From the NCBI GenBank assembly GCA_016618085.1, contig JABLTG010000119.1, forward strand, positions 1 to 64,000: 64,000 nt of DNA, read 5' to 3'. A program made the translations under genes and the position numbers. Below are positions 1 through 12,307 of the stretch, one piece after another. The first letter of the stretch is position 1; each line of letters starts with the position of its first letter. The notes below the pieces were generated by a model. The model was not told the origin of the DNA. It saw only the letters and a list, made by a program, of their open reading frames with translations, and did not search any database. The stretch is from Neovahlkampfia damariscottae (taxonomy: Eukaryota).

Positions 1-180
1 CCCAAACCCAAACCCAAACCCAAACCCAAACCCCAAACCCAAACCCAAACCCAAACCCAAACCCAAACCCAAACCCAAATCCCAAATCCCAAACCCAAAT
101 CCCAAACCCAAATCCCAAACCCAAATCCCAAACCCAAATCCCAAACCCCAAACCCAAAAACTCAAAAACCCAAACCCAAA
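1..180. repeat. Telomeric repeat tract (CCCAAA)n, G-strand TTTGGG, with proximal variants
   Basis: Near-perfect CCCAAA array from base 1 (one CCCCAAA unit). From ~74 it alternates with CCCAAAT units and degenerates by ~180. C-rich strand at the 5' end, as expected for a left chromosome end. Confidence 0.95.
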
Positions 181-708
181 TAACAAACCCCCTAGTTTTT
201 GATGTAGTTTTCAAAAAAATAGCTCAAAAGTCCAGATGCAAAATTGATAACGATTGAGCCAATTAAAACCTAAACCTTTAAGAATTTGAAAAAGTGTAGT
301 TTTCCTAAGAGTAAATAAAGAGTGACAAAAGATACAGATTTTACAAATGTGTTATTCATCAGTTCGGCTCAAAGTGTAGCAAAGTATGCTGAACGGCTAA
401 AAGCTGAGTTAATTCACCAGCAATTCTTCAACTCATTTTAATCTCTTGAATAATTGCTTATCTTCCTTCTATAGAACTTTTAGAAAAATGAATGTTTAAA
501 ATAATCTATAATAACATTTGTGATAATTATTTATAAAGTCTTAGTTCCCAACCCTGTTTGTGGTTATTTGAAGCATACAGAATACTCAATGGGTGATCAT
601 TTTTCACAAATCAATAATTCTTTTCTGGATGCTTGTCTTTTAATTAATTGATAAAATGTGTTATTTTTTAATTACCCAAATTGTGTTGGATTTATTCGTC
701 CAATAAAA

Positions 709-1074
709 ATGCTTTCAAAAAAAGAAGTTTTGAAAGAAGTAAAACAGGATGGTCTTTCACTTCAGTTTGAATCCAAAGAATTACAAAATGATAAAGAAGT
801 AGTTTTAGAACCAGTAAAACAGGATGGTTATTCACTTCGTTATGCATCCAAGGAATTAAAAGAGAATAAACAATTCATTTTGGAAATAGTAAAACAAGAT
901 GGTAATTCACTTGGATATGCATCATCTGAATTAAAAGAGGATAAAGAAATTGAATGTATATCTAAAAAATATTTCAAATTCATCAGAGAAAATTCTACAT
1001 ACAATGTTATTTTTCACTTTAAGTATTCAAGTGAATATAATATTGATGAAAATCCATCAAACAAAATATTATGA
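709..1074 (+). CDS. DUF4116-like repeat protein (subtelomeric, possibly a degenerate copy)
   Basis: Three ~25-aa repeats of type KEVVLExVKQDGxSLxYASKELKxD. CCAAT at 700-704 just before ATG 709. The C-terminal part drifts from the repeat pattern. Confidence 0.65.
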   Translation: MLSKKEVLKEVKQDGLSLQFESKELQNDKEVVLEPVKQDGYSLRYASKELKENKQFILEIVKQDGNSLGYASSELKEDKEIECISKKYFKFIRENSTYNVIFHFKYSSEYNIDENPSNKIL

Positions 1075-1226
1075 ATTTAGAGAATATTTTACTGAATATT
1101 TTCCGTTTGTATTCTTTAAAGAATTTGATATGAATTGAATTACCTGGATGTGTGACCCAGAAATAAAATATAAACTGTCAGATGGAAATAAATGGTCGAA
1201 TTTATTTGTAGACTGGAAAAAAATAT

Positions 1227-2529
1227 TTATCTTCTGAATCTTCTGACTCTTATTGTTTTTCTTTTGTTTGAGGATCTTCTTTTTCCAATTATTTTTCTTT
1301 TGGTTGAATGTGTACCAGTTTTGAAGTAAGCATATTGAGTAGTACATTTAAGAGCACATTTTTTTCTATCAGTTGCTTTTGCACATGAATCAATACAACT
1401 TTTGAATTTTGGGACCTTTATGACAGCAGCAGGATTTCTTTTCAAATCATGTCTGAGTAAATCAACATTTCTTTTTGAAGAACCTGCACGATTTCCTTTA
1501 TGATCAACATAACCTTTGTATGGACTTAGAATAAATTAATGAAGAAATTTTAATTTACTCGTAATGAATTGCGATTCCATTTCTTCTCCAAGCACCTCTA
1601 TAGTATCTAAGACCGAGTTTCCTTGCTTCTTTTTTTCTTTGACGTGAATTGTCACATTTATGGTCTTCAGTACATCTTCTATTCTTCCAAATGCAATTTT
1701 TGTCACCGTGATGATCTGCATATGATTTTTCACAAACTGACTTCTTTCTGTTTGATTCTTTTAAGAAACTGTTAATTTATAAAGGAAACTTACTACATCT
1801 TCCAGGTGAGCCTTTTGGTGCACACCATAAATATTCTTCTTTTTTTGAAACATAAAATTTTGAAGGTAATCCTGCTTTTCTCAAAGCTTTTTTTCTCCAT
1901 CTGTTTATTATTAATTTTACAATTTTAATTTACTGTGGTTCAACAGCTTTTTCTTTTGGACATTTTGGGCAAACTGAACCAAAAAGTGCAAAAGCATTAA
2001 AAGTGTTGTCTCTACAAACCATACCAGCTTCACATCTGTTTTCTTTTTTGTTCCACCAACAAGCATGATCTCCATGACCTGGGTAATCTGCGTAATGACC
2101 GTTACAAGTACGTTTGGTTTGATATTTACATCCCCAAACAGTTGGAAGTCCATGTTTTGGACAACATCTGAGTTTACATTTATTTCTTTGAACAGCGTCA
2201 CCAATAAATCCCATTACAGAAACAAATCCACCTAAAACTGCTCCAGCAACTGATCCAACAACATTTGAAACAACTGTTGTCACAATTTTTGTTGCCAATT
2301 TTGCACCAATTTGAGCTCCTAAATCTTTTTTGCTTGAGTCAAAGTTAATTAAAACTGAAACATCTTCTCCACTGTTGATGGCTTCAAAAGGTGTGACATC
2401 AAGTGCTTTGGCAAGACTGTTGGTGTATTTTTCAAGAAGTTGTTCTTTTGTTTCAAATACTTCTTCTGTTTTGACAACACAAAGTAGGAGAAAGCATATC
2501 ATTATTCCTGAAACAAATTTTGTCTTCAT
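1227..2529 (-). CDS. Secreted protein: signal peptide, Gly/Ala/Val-rich helix, two Cys-rich modules, basic tail; 4 exons
   Basis: MKTKFVSGIMICFLLLCVV signal-like start. Three short GT-AG introns join the fragments in frame. Internal repeat CKYQTKRTCNGHYADYPGHGDHACWW..RC vs CKSNRKKSVCEKSYADHHGDKNCIW..RC. Confidence 0.75.
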
Positions 2530-3283
2530 CTTTTGTCTAAAAATGTGATCCAATCAAGCCTCTTCTACTATTAAAATGTGAACCAATGGGAGACAAATTA
2601 CCTTTTTTGATGAATTTTCAACAGAAAAATTACAACGAACAAACAAAATGTGTTGGTCAATGCTTAAACAAGTCAAAGAGAAGTTCAGTGACAAACTAAA
2701 AATAGGTAATGCACTAAGTATAAGTAAGTTGGATTGAATCAGAAAACACATCAAAAAAACAGTTTTCCAAAACGAAACTGCAGATTTTCCTTTTGTTTTT
2801 TTTTTTACACTAAGAAAACAAAAACTAAAGTAGAGTTCCAAGTACAGTCCAAAGTTGCTTAAAAAGCATCAAGACACGATTTCTTGTTTCAAATCGAAAA
2901 GTGAAGAAAAAAATTTGCAAGAAGAGAAGCTAAAGATTTATCAAGGAAATTGATATCTCCTGTTTTGAATTTCACGTTAGTCATGCTTAAATATTAACAA
3001 AAAGAAAAAACAATAGAAAGAAATTAAGTACGAGACATTTCGTCTTTAGTTTTCTTGAAGGTTAAAATTGAAAATCATGATTTAGAAATTTTTTCACTTC
3101 TGAAATGATTATTAAAGTAATTATTGATTATTAATCACAAAGAGGACTCAGAAAAAATTTCAAAGTTAAATATCTCAATCATTTCACAAAACACCCAAAT
3201 TCGGAAGTTTTTCGATGGACATTTTAGGCTTACAATTACTAAATTGGTGATTTTTAAGTTAACAAATCAGATCAATTCTCAAA

Positions 3284-6200
3284 ATGAGCACAACAAACGA
3301 GTCATCAACTTCTGCTTTTTCAAACTCAAATGATGCTTACCTCTTTTCTTTGGAATCAAAGGTCATGGAAAAGTTTTATGTCATCAGCTCCAACTTACCA
3401 TCAGGAAGAATTTTAAGCGGATTCACTTTACTTTTCAGTTTAATTCAAACGTGTTTGCTTGGATTTAACCACACATTCAACTTTGGATTCTACACAAATC
3501 AAGTGTCCAAGTATTTTGGTTACGCTTCAAGACAATGGATTTTCGATGAATACGATTATTCAGTGTTTCAAGTCATAATGGGTGTTTCACTAAGTTTCAC
3601 ACTTATTGTTATGTTTTATTTTATTTATTTTATCAATCAAGAACACTTCAACTGGTCATCATCATTAGAACTATTAGCTGCTTCCATGTTATTTATAATT
3701 AGTCATGGTTTATATGTGCCTTTGCTTGGAATATTCTTAACTGCATTCGAGTGTGATTACAGTACACTAAAACTATCTACATATACACAAATTAGTTGTT
3801 TTCTTTATCCAAATGATGTTTCATTAGCATTTTGCTCTATGGGTTTAGTTATGATAATGGGCATTTCAATTTATCCTCAAATATTGTAAATTATTGTTTT
3901 TCTAACAACTATTTTAGTTTTGTTGATAGATTTCACAAGAATAACTTTTTCAGTTCTTCAGATAATAGATTCTTTTTAATGCTTTTACTCTATCAAACTT
4001 TAATAAGTTTTATGAATGCTTTGATTCCATTGAAATATATTTCAACTTCATTTGGTTTTTTATCAAGTTTATTTATGATTTTATATCTTTTAAGGTATTT
4101 ACCATTCTTCAAAATTTATGTGAATTATTTTTATGGGATTGCATTTTGCTTTGGATTGACTTTCAACTTGACAGCATTGTTATCAGATTCAACTTTCAAT
4201 TTATTTGATTCTGACATTTCAAGTTTATTCCTTTTTTCAATTGTCATCTTTGCTTTGGTTTTTTCGATTTTATTTGGTCTTCGAATTTTATTTTTACATT
4301 TAAAAATCAAAGCAACAAAGAAAAGAGAAAAAAAAGAAACTGGATTTATTGCACAACTTTTAGAATTTTTTTATTCACCACAAGATGTTGACGTTGAAGC
4401 ACATTACGCATTAACAATGTTTGGATTTGAAAAAAGTTGTATTATTTTTGAAAATGAATTAGCACAAAATGTTACATCAAGTCGACTCAAAATATTTTAC
4501 ATTTTATTCTTATTGGAACAAAAATCTGAAAATGCAACTGAAATACTTTCCAAAATTAATAACGCAACAAAGGAATTATCAAAGATGAACTTTTCATTCT
4601 TCATTTTACCTGATACAAAATATTTGAAGCAATATTGTCTTCAAAAAAGGATTGAAACTTCATTGGCACAAAATTTAGGAGAAGAAAATGGGAAAATTGC
4701 TTTGGAATTAAGAAAAGCGGATAAATCAAAAAGAAATTATTTTTACTGGATATGTAAGTACTGGAGATGCATTGAAACTGGAAAATTCAAACCTTACCAA
4801 CTATCAGCCGCTGTTGCTTCAATCAATCATTATGAAAAAAAATGTGATTTTATTTTTCAAACCTTATTGTTGGATTTTCCAAATAATGTTTCGGTTTTAA
4901 GAACTTATGGGGAATATATTGAAGATGTGAAATATCAACATTCAAGAGCAGATCTTTTATATGATAATGCTAATAGATTAGAAGACATCCAATCAAAAAT
5001 TGGGTTCAAATCTTCAAAGAATGACACATTAGAAAGATTAAAAAATAGAATTAAAATGCTTGTCCAAAAGAAAGAGAAAGTAGATCATGTTGCCGAAGTA
5101 ACAGAAGAGAAAGAAATGGAAGAAATTCCAGTCATCGAAGATGTTCCTGAATTGGATGAGTTAAATCAATATAAAATGGAAGTCATTAGGGATAACCCAT
5201 CATCATTGAACACATCATCAGTATTAAATTCGTCTGTCATAATGAAATCTCCAAATTCTCCTCATCGACTGAAATATTCACCTCATAAAACACCTGGAGG
5301 ATCTCCTGCTGTAAAATTCAATGACTTGGATGATGATAATTATTCGGAATCAATTATTGAAAGAATGAAAAGAAAAAGAAGTCATGATTCACAATCATCA
5401 GATCATCAAATGCATGAATTAATGAAAGACACAAGTTTACCAGAAGAAGAAGTTGATTTCAAACAAACAAAAGCAGAAAGATTATTTCGTCAATACAAAA
5501 AAGAAGAAATACAAAATGAATCTCCGATATCCTTTCTAGGTTTTATTATTGTATTGATTTTATTTTTTCTTGTTGCTGTAGCTTCCATTTCAGTTGCTTT
5601 TATTTTTTGTTTCACAGAATTAACTTATATTCAAAATTCAATCCCAATTGTTCGAGAAGTCGGTGATTCAAGAACAGCTGCAGTTTCATTGTCTTATTAC
5701 TCAAGAGAACTTCAATTAAATCATGGAATGGGAAATCAAACTCAAAATCTAATTCATTTGAAACATCACAGAAATGTATTTTCCACTGAAGTTTTGAAAG
5801 TTTATGAACATACATTAAGAAAAGAAAGAATATATCCAATTTGGTCCAATGAGAAATTATTACTTCTCAATCGTACAATTGGAAACACAAATTTCAATTT
5901 AATTGATGGTCATCTATTACTCGTTTCTAAAAGTGAAATGATGACAAATGAATCATTCTTTGATGAGAATACAGCAGAAAATGATGAAATTTTCTTTTTT
6001 GTCAATGTCAATGGTGCTCTGAAATATCCATCAGCTTTAGAATCACTTATGGAGGGTATAAAACAAGAAGAATTTGTTGATCATGCTCTTTTATTTATAT
6101 ATTGTGGAATTTGCATGATTGTCATTATAATTTCAATATTACTTGCAGCAATTTCCATGTGTATTTTATTTTGTTATGAACTGTCATTTCATAGACTTGC

Positions 6201-8241
6201 TTATTCCATCAAAGAGGATAGAATCAAGAAAATCGTTGCAAAATATTCAAAACTTTCTGGTAATGATTCAAATATTGACATAGAAAAAAAGAAAGAAATG
6301 TTTCCTCTATTTGTAACTTTATTTTTCAAACTCCTTGTAATCTTCTTTTTGGGAATTTTTATTATCACAATATTCATGATACTTTTTGGAATTACTCAAA
6401 ACAGTTCAAAAGAAAATATTCAAGAAGTGGATTTTGCTGGAAGGAGAGTTTATGAAATGATACAAATTCAGTTTAGATTATTAGAAATGGAATCAAAAAA
6501 ATCATTTTTTGATTCAAATCAAAACAAAAACATGCTTCAATCAAGTTATAAACTCTTTGATTTATATCATCATGCTTTGAGATACGGAAATCCTGATTTC
6601 GGGATATCAGGTAGTGATGGAGTTATATTAGAAATGGATCAATTGTATTATCGTTCAGCATGTTCTAATAATTCAAATATTGATTGTCTTTCACTTCAGC
6701 AATTATTAATACTCATTGATAAAGGTATTTCAAGTTATCTTGACGATGGAACTTCTGCATCAGAAAGAACTGCAGTTTATCAAGAGTTGAAAGTTCAAAT
6801 TGGAAAATCTATTTCAATTTTAGAAAAATCATTAGATTTATACACCACAGTAAACAAAAATCTTTTTAGTGGAATTGATGCAATTAATCAAATATCATTT
6901 ATTGTCGGAATAGCAGTATTTATTTCACTTTATTTCATTTTCTTCTTTTCATCACCATTTCAATTTAGAGATGAAATATTAAGAAAAAAGAAATTATTAT
7001 TAGATCTTTCAATTCAAGAAATTTATTCATCAAAAGTTATTCAAGAATATTTGATTAGCAGAAAAATTGGAAAAGATTTGAAACATGAAAAAAGATATAA
7101 TTCTTTGCTCAATAATTCATATTATTCAGTCATTGAATTTTCAGATGATTTTACAGTAAATAATGCGAATCATGCAGCAACTCAATTATTTGAAACACCA
7201 TACACATTACTGATTGGAACAAATATCAAAAAGTTATTTGATAAATTAGCTTTGAAATCAATTTTAAATTTCTCACTTTCAAATGATAACTTTTTAAATA
7301 TTGATGTTCAGGCAATCAAAACTCAAAAGAAATTATTGATTCAAATCAATTTATCAATTATCAAAGTTCTAGGGGAAAATAATTCTAATACATATATCGC
7401 ATTCATTCAAGATATTTCTGAACTTTTAAATCAAGAGAAATTATTGAAATTTGAAAAAGAAAAAACAGAAAAATTACTCTTGAATATCTTTCCTAAAGCA
7501 ATTGTAGAACAAAAAATGTTAATGGATAATTCTGAAACTATTGTAGACACATATGATAATTGTTCAATCATTTTTTCGGACATGGTCAATTTTACAGCAA
7601 AGTCATCAGCAATGAATCCAGAAGAGATTGTAAAATTTTTGAATGAAATCTTTGAATCATTTGATGACATTTGTGAAAAATATGGTGTGGAAAAGATAAA
7701 AACTATTGGTGATTGTTACATGGCTGTAGCTGGGGTTCCAAATCTATCAAATGAGCACGCACATCAAATAATGGATTTTGCTATTGAACTTCACGAAATT
7801 ATTGATAGGTACAATGAGAAACACAACTCAGAAATTCAATTTCGAACAGGAATCAATTCAGGAAAAGTTATTGCAGGTGTCATTGGAAAACGTAAATTTT
7901 GCTTTGACATTTGGGGTGATCAAGTGAATATTGCGTCCAGAATGGAGAGCACAGGAATTCCTTCAAAAATTCAGGTTTCTGCTTCAACTCATGAATTGCT
8001 AAAAGATCACTATGAATTTGAAGAAAGAGGTGAAATTAATGTTAAAGGAAAAGGAAAAATGCAAACATGGATTTTCAAACAGAAAAAGGCGTTGGAAATT
8101 ATTTCCAATTCTGATGAAGAAATTTTATTGGAAGAAGAAGTTATTGGAAATTCGACTCCTGAAATCATTGTCCAAGACGAAATATTGAAAAAAAATGAAA
8201 ATGAACCGATGGAATCTCAAAAGGTTGAAGAAATTGAATAA
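3284..8241 (+). CDS. Multi-pass membrane TmcB-like / PAS / class III adenylyl cyclase; one intron 3886-3917
   Basis: Cyclase motifs IIFSDMVNFT, VEKIKTIGDCYM, FDIWGDQVNIASRMES; the K and D specificity residues indicate ATP substrate. PAS-like NNANHAATQLF. TmcB-like FPNNVSVLRTYGEYIEDV. A 32-nt GT-AG intron joins the two ORFs in frame. Confidence 0.88.
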
Positions 8242-8303
8242 TAAACTATTTTTGTAACATATAACTATGATTGGTTCAATTAAAGAACCAATCAAAATTA
8301 AAT

Positions 8304-9108
8304 ATGGGTTTGAGTCAAGTCACGCTTTGTATTGTATTACTTGTTCTTGTATCACTTTGCTTTGCATCTCCTGTCCCTTGTGGGCAATCCATTAGTCCTT
8401 TACTTGAAGTAGACACTTTAGGCCACTGTAGTCCTCAACATACATGTGAACAAAGATGGTAAACATTCAGAAAAATACTCACCTAAAATTCAGTTCATGT
8501 GGTCAATCAGTGTACTTTGACTTAGCCACCTATCTTCGTCTTTATTCTCATAGACAAACTTGGGGAAAGGTTTGTCCTTCAAAAGACAATCTAGCACAAT
8601 GGTTTGAATCTGAAGTCGAAGATGCAGGCAAAAAGTTCGATGGGAGTGTAAAATTTGGTAGAAAGGGAAGAAGAGAATTTATCAAAAAGAAATTGAAAGA
8701 TCTTCTTTCTATTTTCAAAGAAATTCAAGAAAAATTTGAACATATTTGTCAAGGTAAAAAGAAAAGTAAAAAACGGACATTATTTTTTTAGGTGGAAAGA
8801 AACTATCAAATACTGATATCTATGTCTTAAAAGGTATTTTAGATACAAAAGTGAAAAAAAGATTCTTCACCTTCAAAGGACTCTTTGTTAAAGATTTTAA
8901 AAAAAAAATTAAAAAGGCTGCAAAAACAATCTTTGATAAATTCATCAGTAAATTCAGAGGAAAGTCATTTGACTATTGTTCATGTGAGCCATTCTTCAAA
9001 GCAGGTACTGCAAGTCAATACAGTTTATATAAAAACAAATTAGCTCAAGAATGTGCTGCTAAATGTTCAGGTGCTATTGTGACAGAAGAATACTATGAAT
9101 TAGAATAA
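8304..9108 (+). CDS. Secreted Cys-containing protein with cationic amphipathic segments; 3 exons
   Basis: Signal peptide MGLSQVTLCIVLLVLVSLCFA. Two GT-AG introns (from ~8459 and ~8754) join three ORF fragments in frame. AATAAA overlaps the stop. Confidence 0.75.
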
Positions 9109-9197
9109 ACCTGTTCATCTTTTTTTTTTTTAAAAAATCATCCAATAATAATTTGTTTTGCTTCATTTTTTTTGATGCACCAAAACTGACTTCAAAA

Positions 9198-10919
9198 ATG
9201 TCCAATTTTGAATCTTTTATAATCCTACATTTTAAAACAAATCAATACATAAAAAATAATAAAAAACAGAAAACTGAAAGTTTCAATGTTATTGAGACCT
9301 CATGGTTAAAGTTTACAATAGAAACACAAAAAAAAAGTGACAAAAAAACTATAGCAATTGTACCAAATTCAAAAAATAAAAAAGTATCAGAAGAATTTGA
9401 AATTGTTGAAACTTTCATTGAGTCATTAGATATTTTTGAAAAATTTTTAAAAGAAGAAAAATCAAAATTTATAATTATAACTGAAAGTTCATGGCATATT
9501 GATAAATGTTGTTCAAAAGAATTATATTTAAAAAAGAAAGAGATTCCAAATCATTTTATTAATTTTTTTGACTTGAGAAAAGAATTTTCAAAACTGTTTA
9601 ATTTAAATTTTAATTTATTCAAAATGATGGATTATTTGGAATTAAAAAATGGTTTACTTTTAAGTGGTGCTGAATACTGTGAATCAATGTCAAATGTAAT
9701 TATAAAGTTATTGGAAAAAGGTTTGAACACTTTTTTAAATTTCTGAAATCTAAAAGGTCATATTTTTGAAAACCCAGAAAGATCAATTTTATCAAGCGAT
9801 TCATCAATTGTAAAATTAAGAGGTTTACCTTGGCAAGTAACAGAAAGTGATATTATTGAGTTTTTTTCTCCTTTAAAAATATCTGAAATTCTATTGGTTT
9901 TATCAACACAAGGAAATTCAACTGGAGAAGCATTTGTATCATTTAATTCTATCGAGACAGCAAAAAATTGTTTTTTAAAAGATAATTGTTATATTGGATA
10001 TCGATATATTGAAATATTCCCTTCATCTCTTGAAGAATTAAATCAATCAAAATCAATGATGAAGAAATCAATTGAAAGATCAAAATCATTTGTTATAAAA
10101 ATGAGAGGATTACCTTTTATCTGTTCAATAGAAGATATATTACATTTTTTTGATGGAATTGATATCATAGAAGATGGTATTCATTTGAGTAAGTTCAAAC
10201 AAAAAATTAACACATTTCTTTATTAAGGTCTAAATGAATCATTTAAACCAAATGGAATTGCATATGTTGAATTTCCAACAAATGAAACATTTAATGAAGC
10301 TTTGAAAAGAAATAAAGAAAGAATGGGTAAAAGGTATGTTGAATTATTTAGAAGTACAAAAGAAGAAATGCTTCAAAGTCAATATTCAACTCCACAATTT
10401 ACACCTTTTATTATAAAATTAGAAAATGTTCCAAAAGAATATGATGAAATATATTTAGCTGAAATCTTTTCAGATTTTAATATTTCACCACAAGGAATTC
10501 ATTTAGTTTTTGATCATTTGAATGAATTTACAGGAGAAGCTTTTATTGAATTTCTGACCATTGAAGATGTTAAAAATTCTTTAAAAAAAGAATATGAAAA
10601 TGAAATGAAAATTAAAGAATCGAGTGGATTTGAATTTTTGATCGCCTGTGGATTGATTGATTCAATTCCTTCAAATTCTGGAAAATTTACACCAAACTCA
10701 ACAAAGTCATTGATAATGAATGGAATTAAAAAAAAGATAAAAAAAGAAGATATTTTTAAATATTTTCAAAACTTTGAATTACAAAAAGACGGAATTGAAT
10801 TTTTAGAAGATGGAAATGCAATTATTCATTTTATTTCAGATCAAGAAGCGCTAAGAGCATTTTTTCAAAAGAATGAAGGTAAAATTGGAAATAATTTAAT
10901 AACACTATCATTTTATTAA
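9198..10919 (+). CDS. ESRP/Fusilli-like RNA-binding protein (DnaQ-like N-domain plus hnRNP F/H-type qRRMs); 3 exons
   Basis: qRRM motifs IVKLRGLPW, GYRYIEIF, VIKMRGLPF, MGKRYVELFRST. N-terminal FFDLRKEF...HIFENPE resembles ESRP1 FFDLRKEF...HRFSDPE. Introns at 9721-9756 and from ~10189. Confidence 0.8.
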
Positions 10920-10923
10920 TTTC

Positions 10924-12307
10924 TTATTCTTCTTCAACATCCACTCCAACCGAAAATGCAGAATCTTCTCCAAATGTAAAACCTTGAAATACTTTTTGAT
11001 CTTTTTCTTGTAGTTTATTTGAATGTCTTTCTGATTGTTCTTTTATTGATTTTTTTGTGAATTCTTCATCAAAAAAGCTTAAATCCATTGAATCCTTTAA
11101 ATCAGGTGCAAAAGGTGGTATTAATTGTTTCTTTAACAATTGATTAAAATCTATTGACTCAAAAAATGGATGACTAATTTTAAAAAAATAAAATCTAAAG
11201 AATTACTTTTTAATCTCTTCTGGACCATCTTCTCCTGATCCTAATCTCTTTTTAGAATCTCTTTCCAATAACTTATTTTTAATTTTTAATTTTTCAAACT
11301 TGTTTTAAAAGATCTTTTCCTTCCTCGGATATACCAATTTGTTCAGGAAATTTCAAATCTGAGTTCAATATTTTTTGGTACACTTTTTTTTTTAATTTTT
11401 TTTTTTCAAACTTTCTTGAACATCACGATTATAAAAAGGTGGTAAACCAACTAACATTTCAAATAAAAGAGTACCAAAACTCCACCAATCAACAGCTTTA
11501 CCATGTCCTTTTTGTAAAATGACCTCCTTTAAAGAATGAATAAATAATGATCTTACAGGTGCTAAATATTCAGGTGTTCCACAAAATGTATGAGTTCTTG
11601 ATTCATCTTCCATAATTTTAGCTAATCCAAAATCAGTCAATCTAATATGACCATGAGAGTCCATTAATATATTCTCTGGTTTTAAATCCCTTTCAAATAT
11701 TTAAAGTATCATTTGTAGTTTACCTATAAATAATATTCAAAGAGTGCAAATGTTCAATTGCAAGAAAAATTTCAGCCGCATAAAACTTTGCTCGATCTTC
11801 ACTAAATCTTTTACTTTTCCTCAAATGAAAGAATAATTCTCCTCCGTTGACAAAATCCTTTTTTGAAAAAATTTTAATATTTTTGTTGGTCACTACCATA
11901 ACCATGTATAACTTGTCAGTTGTCTGAAATGCAAATCTTAAAGTAACAAGAAATGGATGTTCAACATATTGTAGTACACTCCTTTCTGTTATTGTATGTT
12001 CAAATTGTCCAGAATCCTTTAATTTTTGTTTGACCAAAACTTTCATTGCATATATTTTATTTGTATCTTTTTTTTTGACCTGATACACTTTACCAAAATT
12101 ACCTTCTCCTATAAGAGCAATTAAAGTAAAATCATTTATGCAAATTTTTTGTTGTGTTAATAAATCTTTAGTTTCTTCTTCTTCTGATACTTCTTCTACT
12201 TTTGGATTTCTTAAAGAATTTCGGTTTTTTATTATTGATGATTTTTTTACAAGTGGTGCAGTTTCATCATCATACTCTGCTCTTGATTTGAAACAACAAC
12301 CTCCCAT
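10924..12307 (-). CDS. AGC-family Ser/Thr kinase (SGK/Akt/S6K-like, no PH domain, N-terminal MGGCC); 7 exons
   Basis: [22 protein letters not shown] (across an intron), [17 protein letters not shown], hydrophobic motif FQGFTF. Six GT-AG introns of ~28-39 nt. Confidence 0.92.

Noticed and set aside
190..700. Subtelomeric gene or mobile element
   Set aside because: Some coding-like texture on the minus strand, but multiple stops and no recognisable domain or terminal repeat.
1755..1800. A 21-nt intron (gtttcc...aacag) in the Cys-rich gene
   Set aside because: A 36-nt alternative with a GTAAGT donor restores the frame and gives CKSNRKKSVC, matching the first Cys module.
2554..3283. ORFs 2554-2841 and 3124-3333, or an RNA gene in the long divergent intergenic region
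   Set aside because: Non-ATG starts, no protein-like features, and no tRNA or other recognisable RNA motifs.
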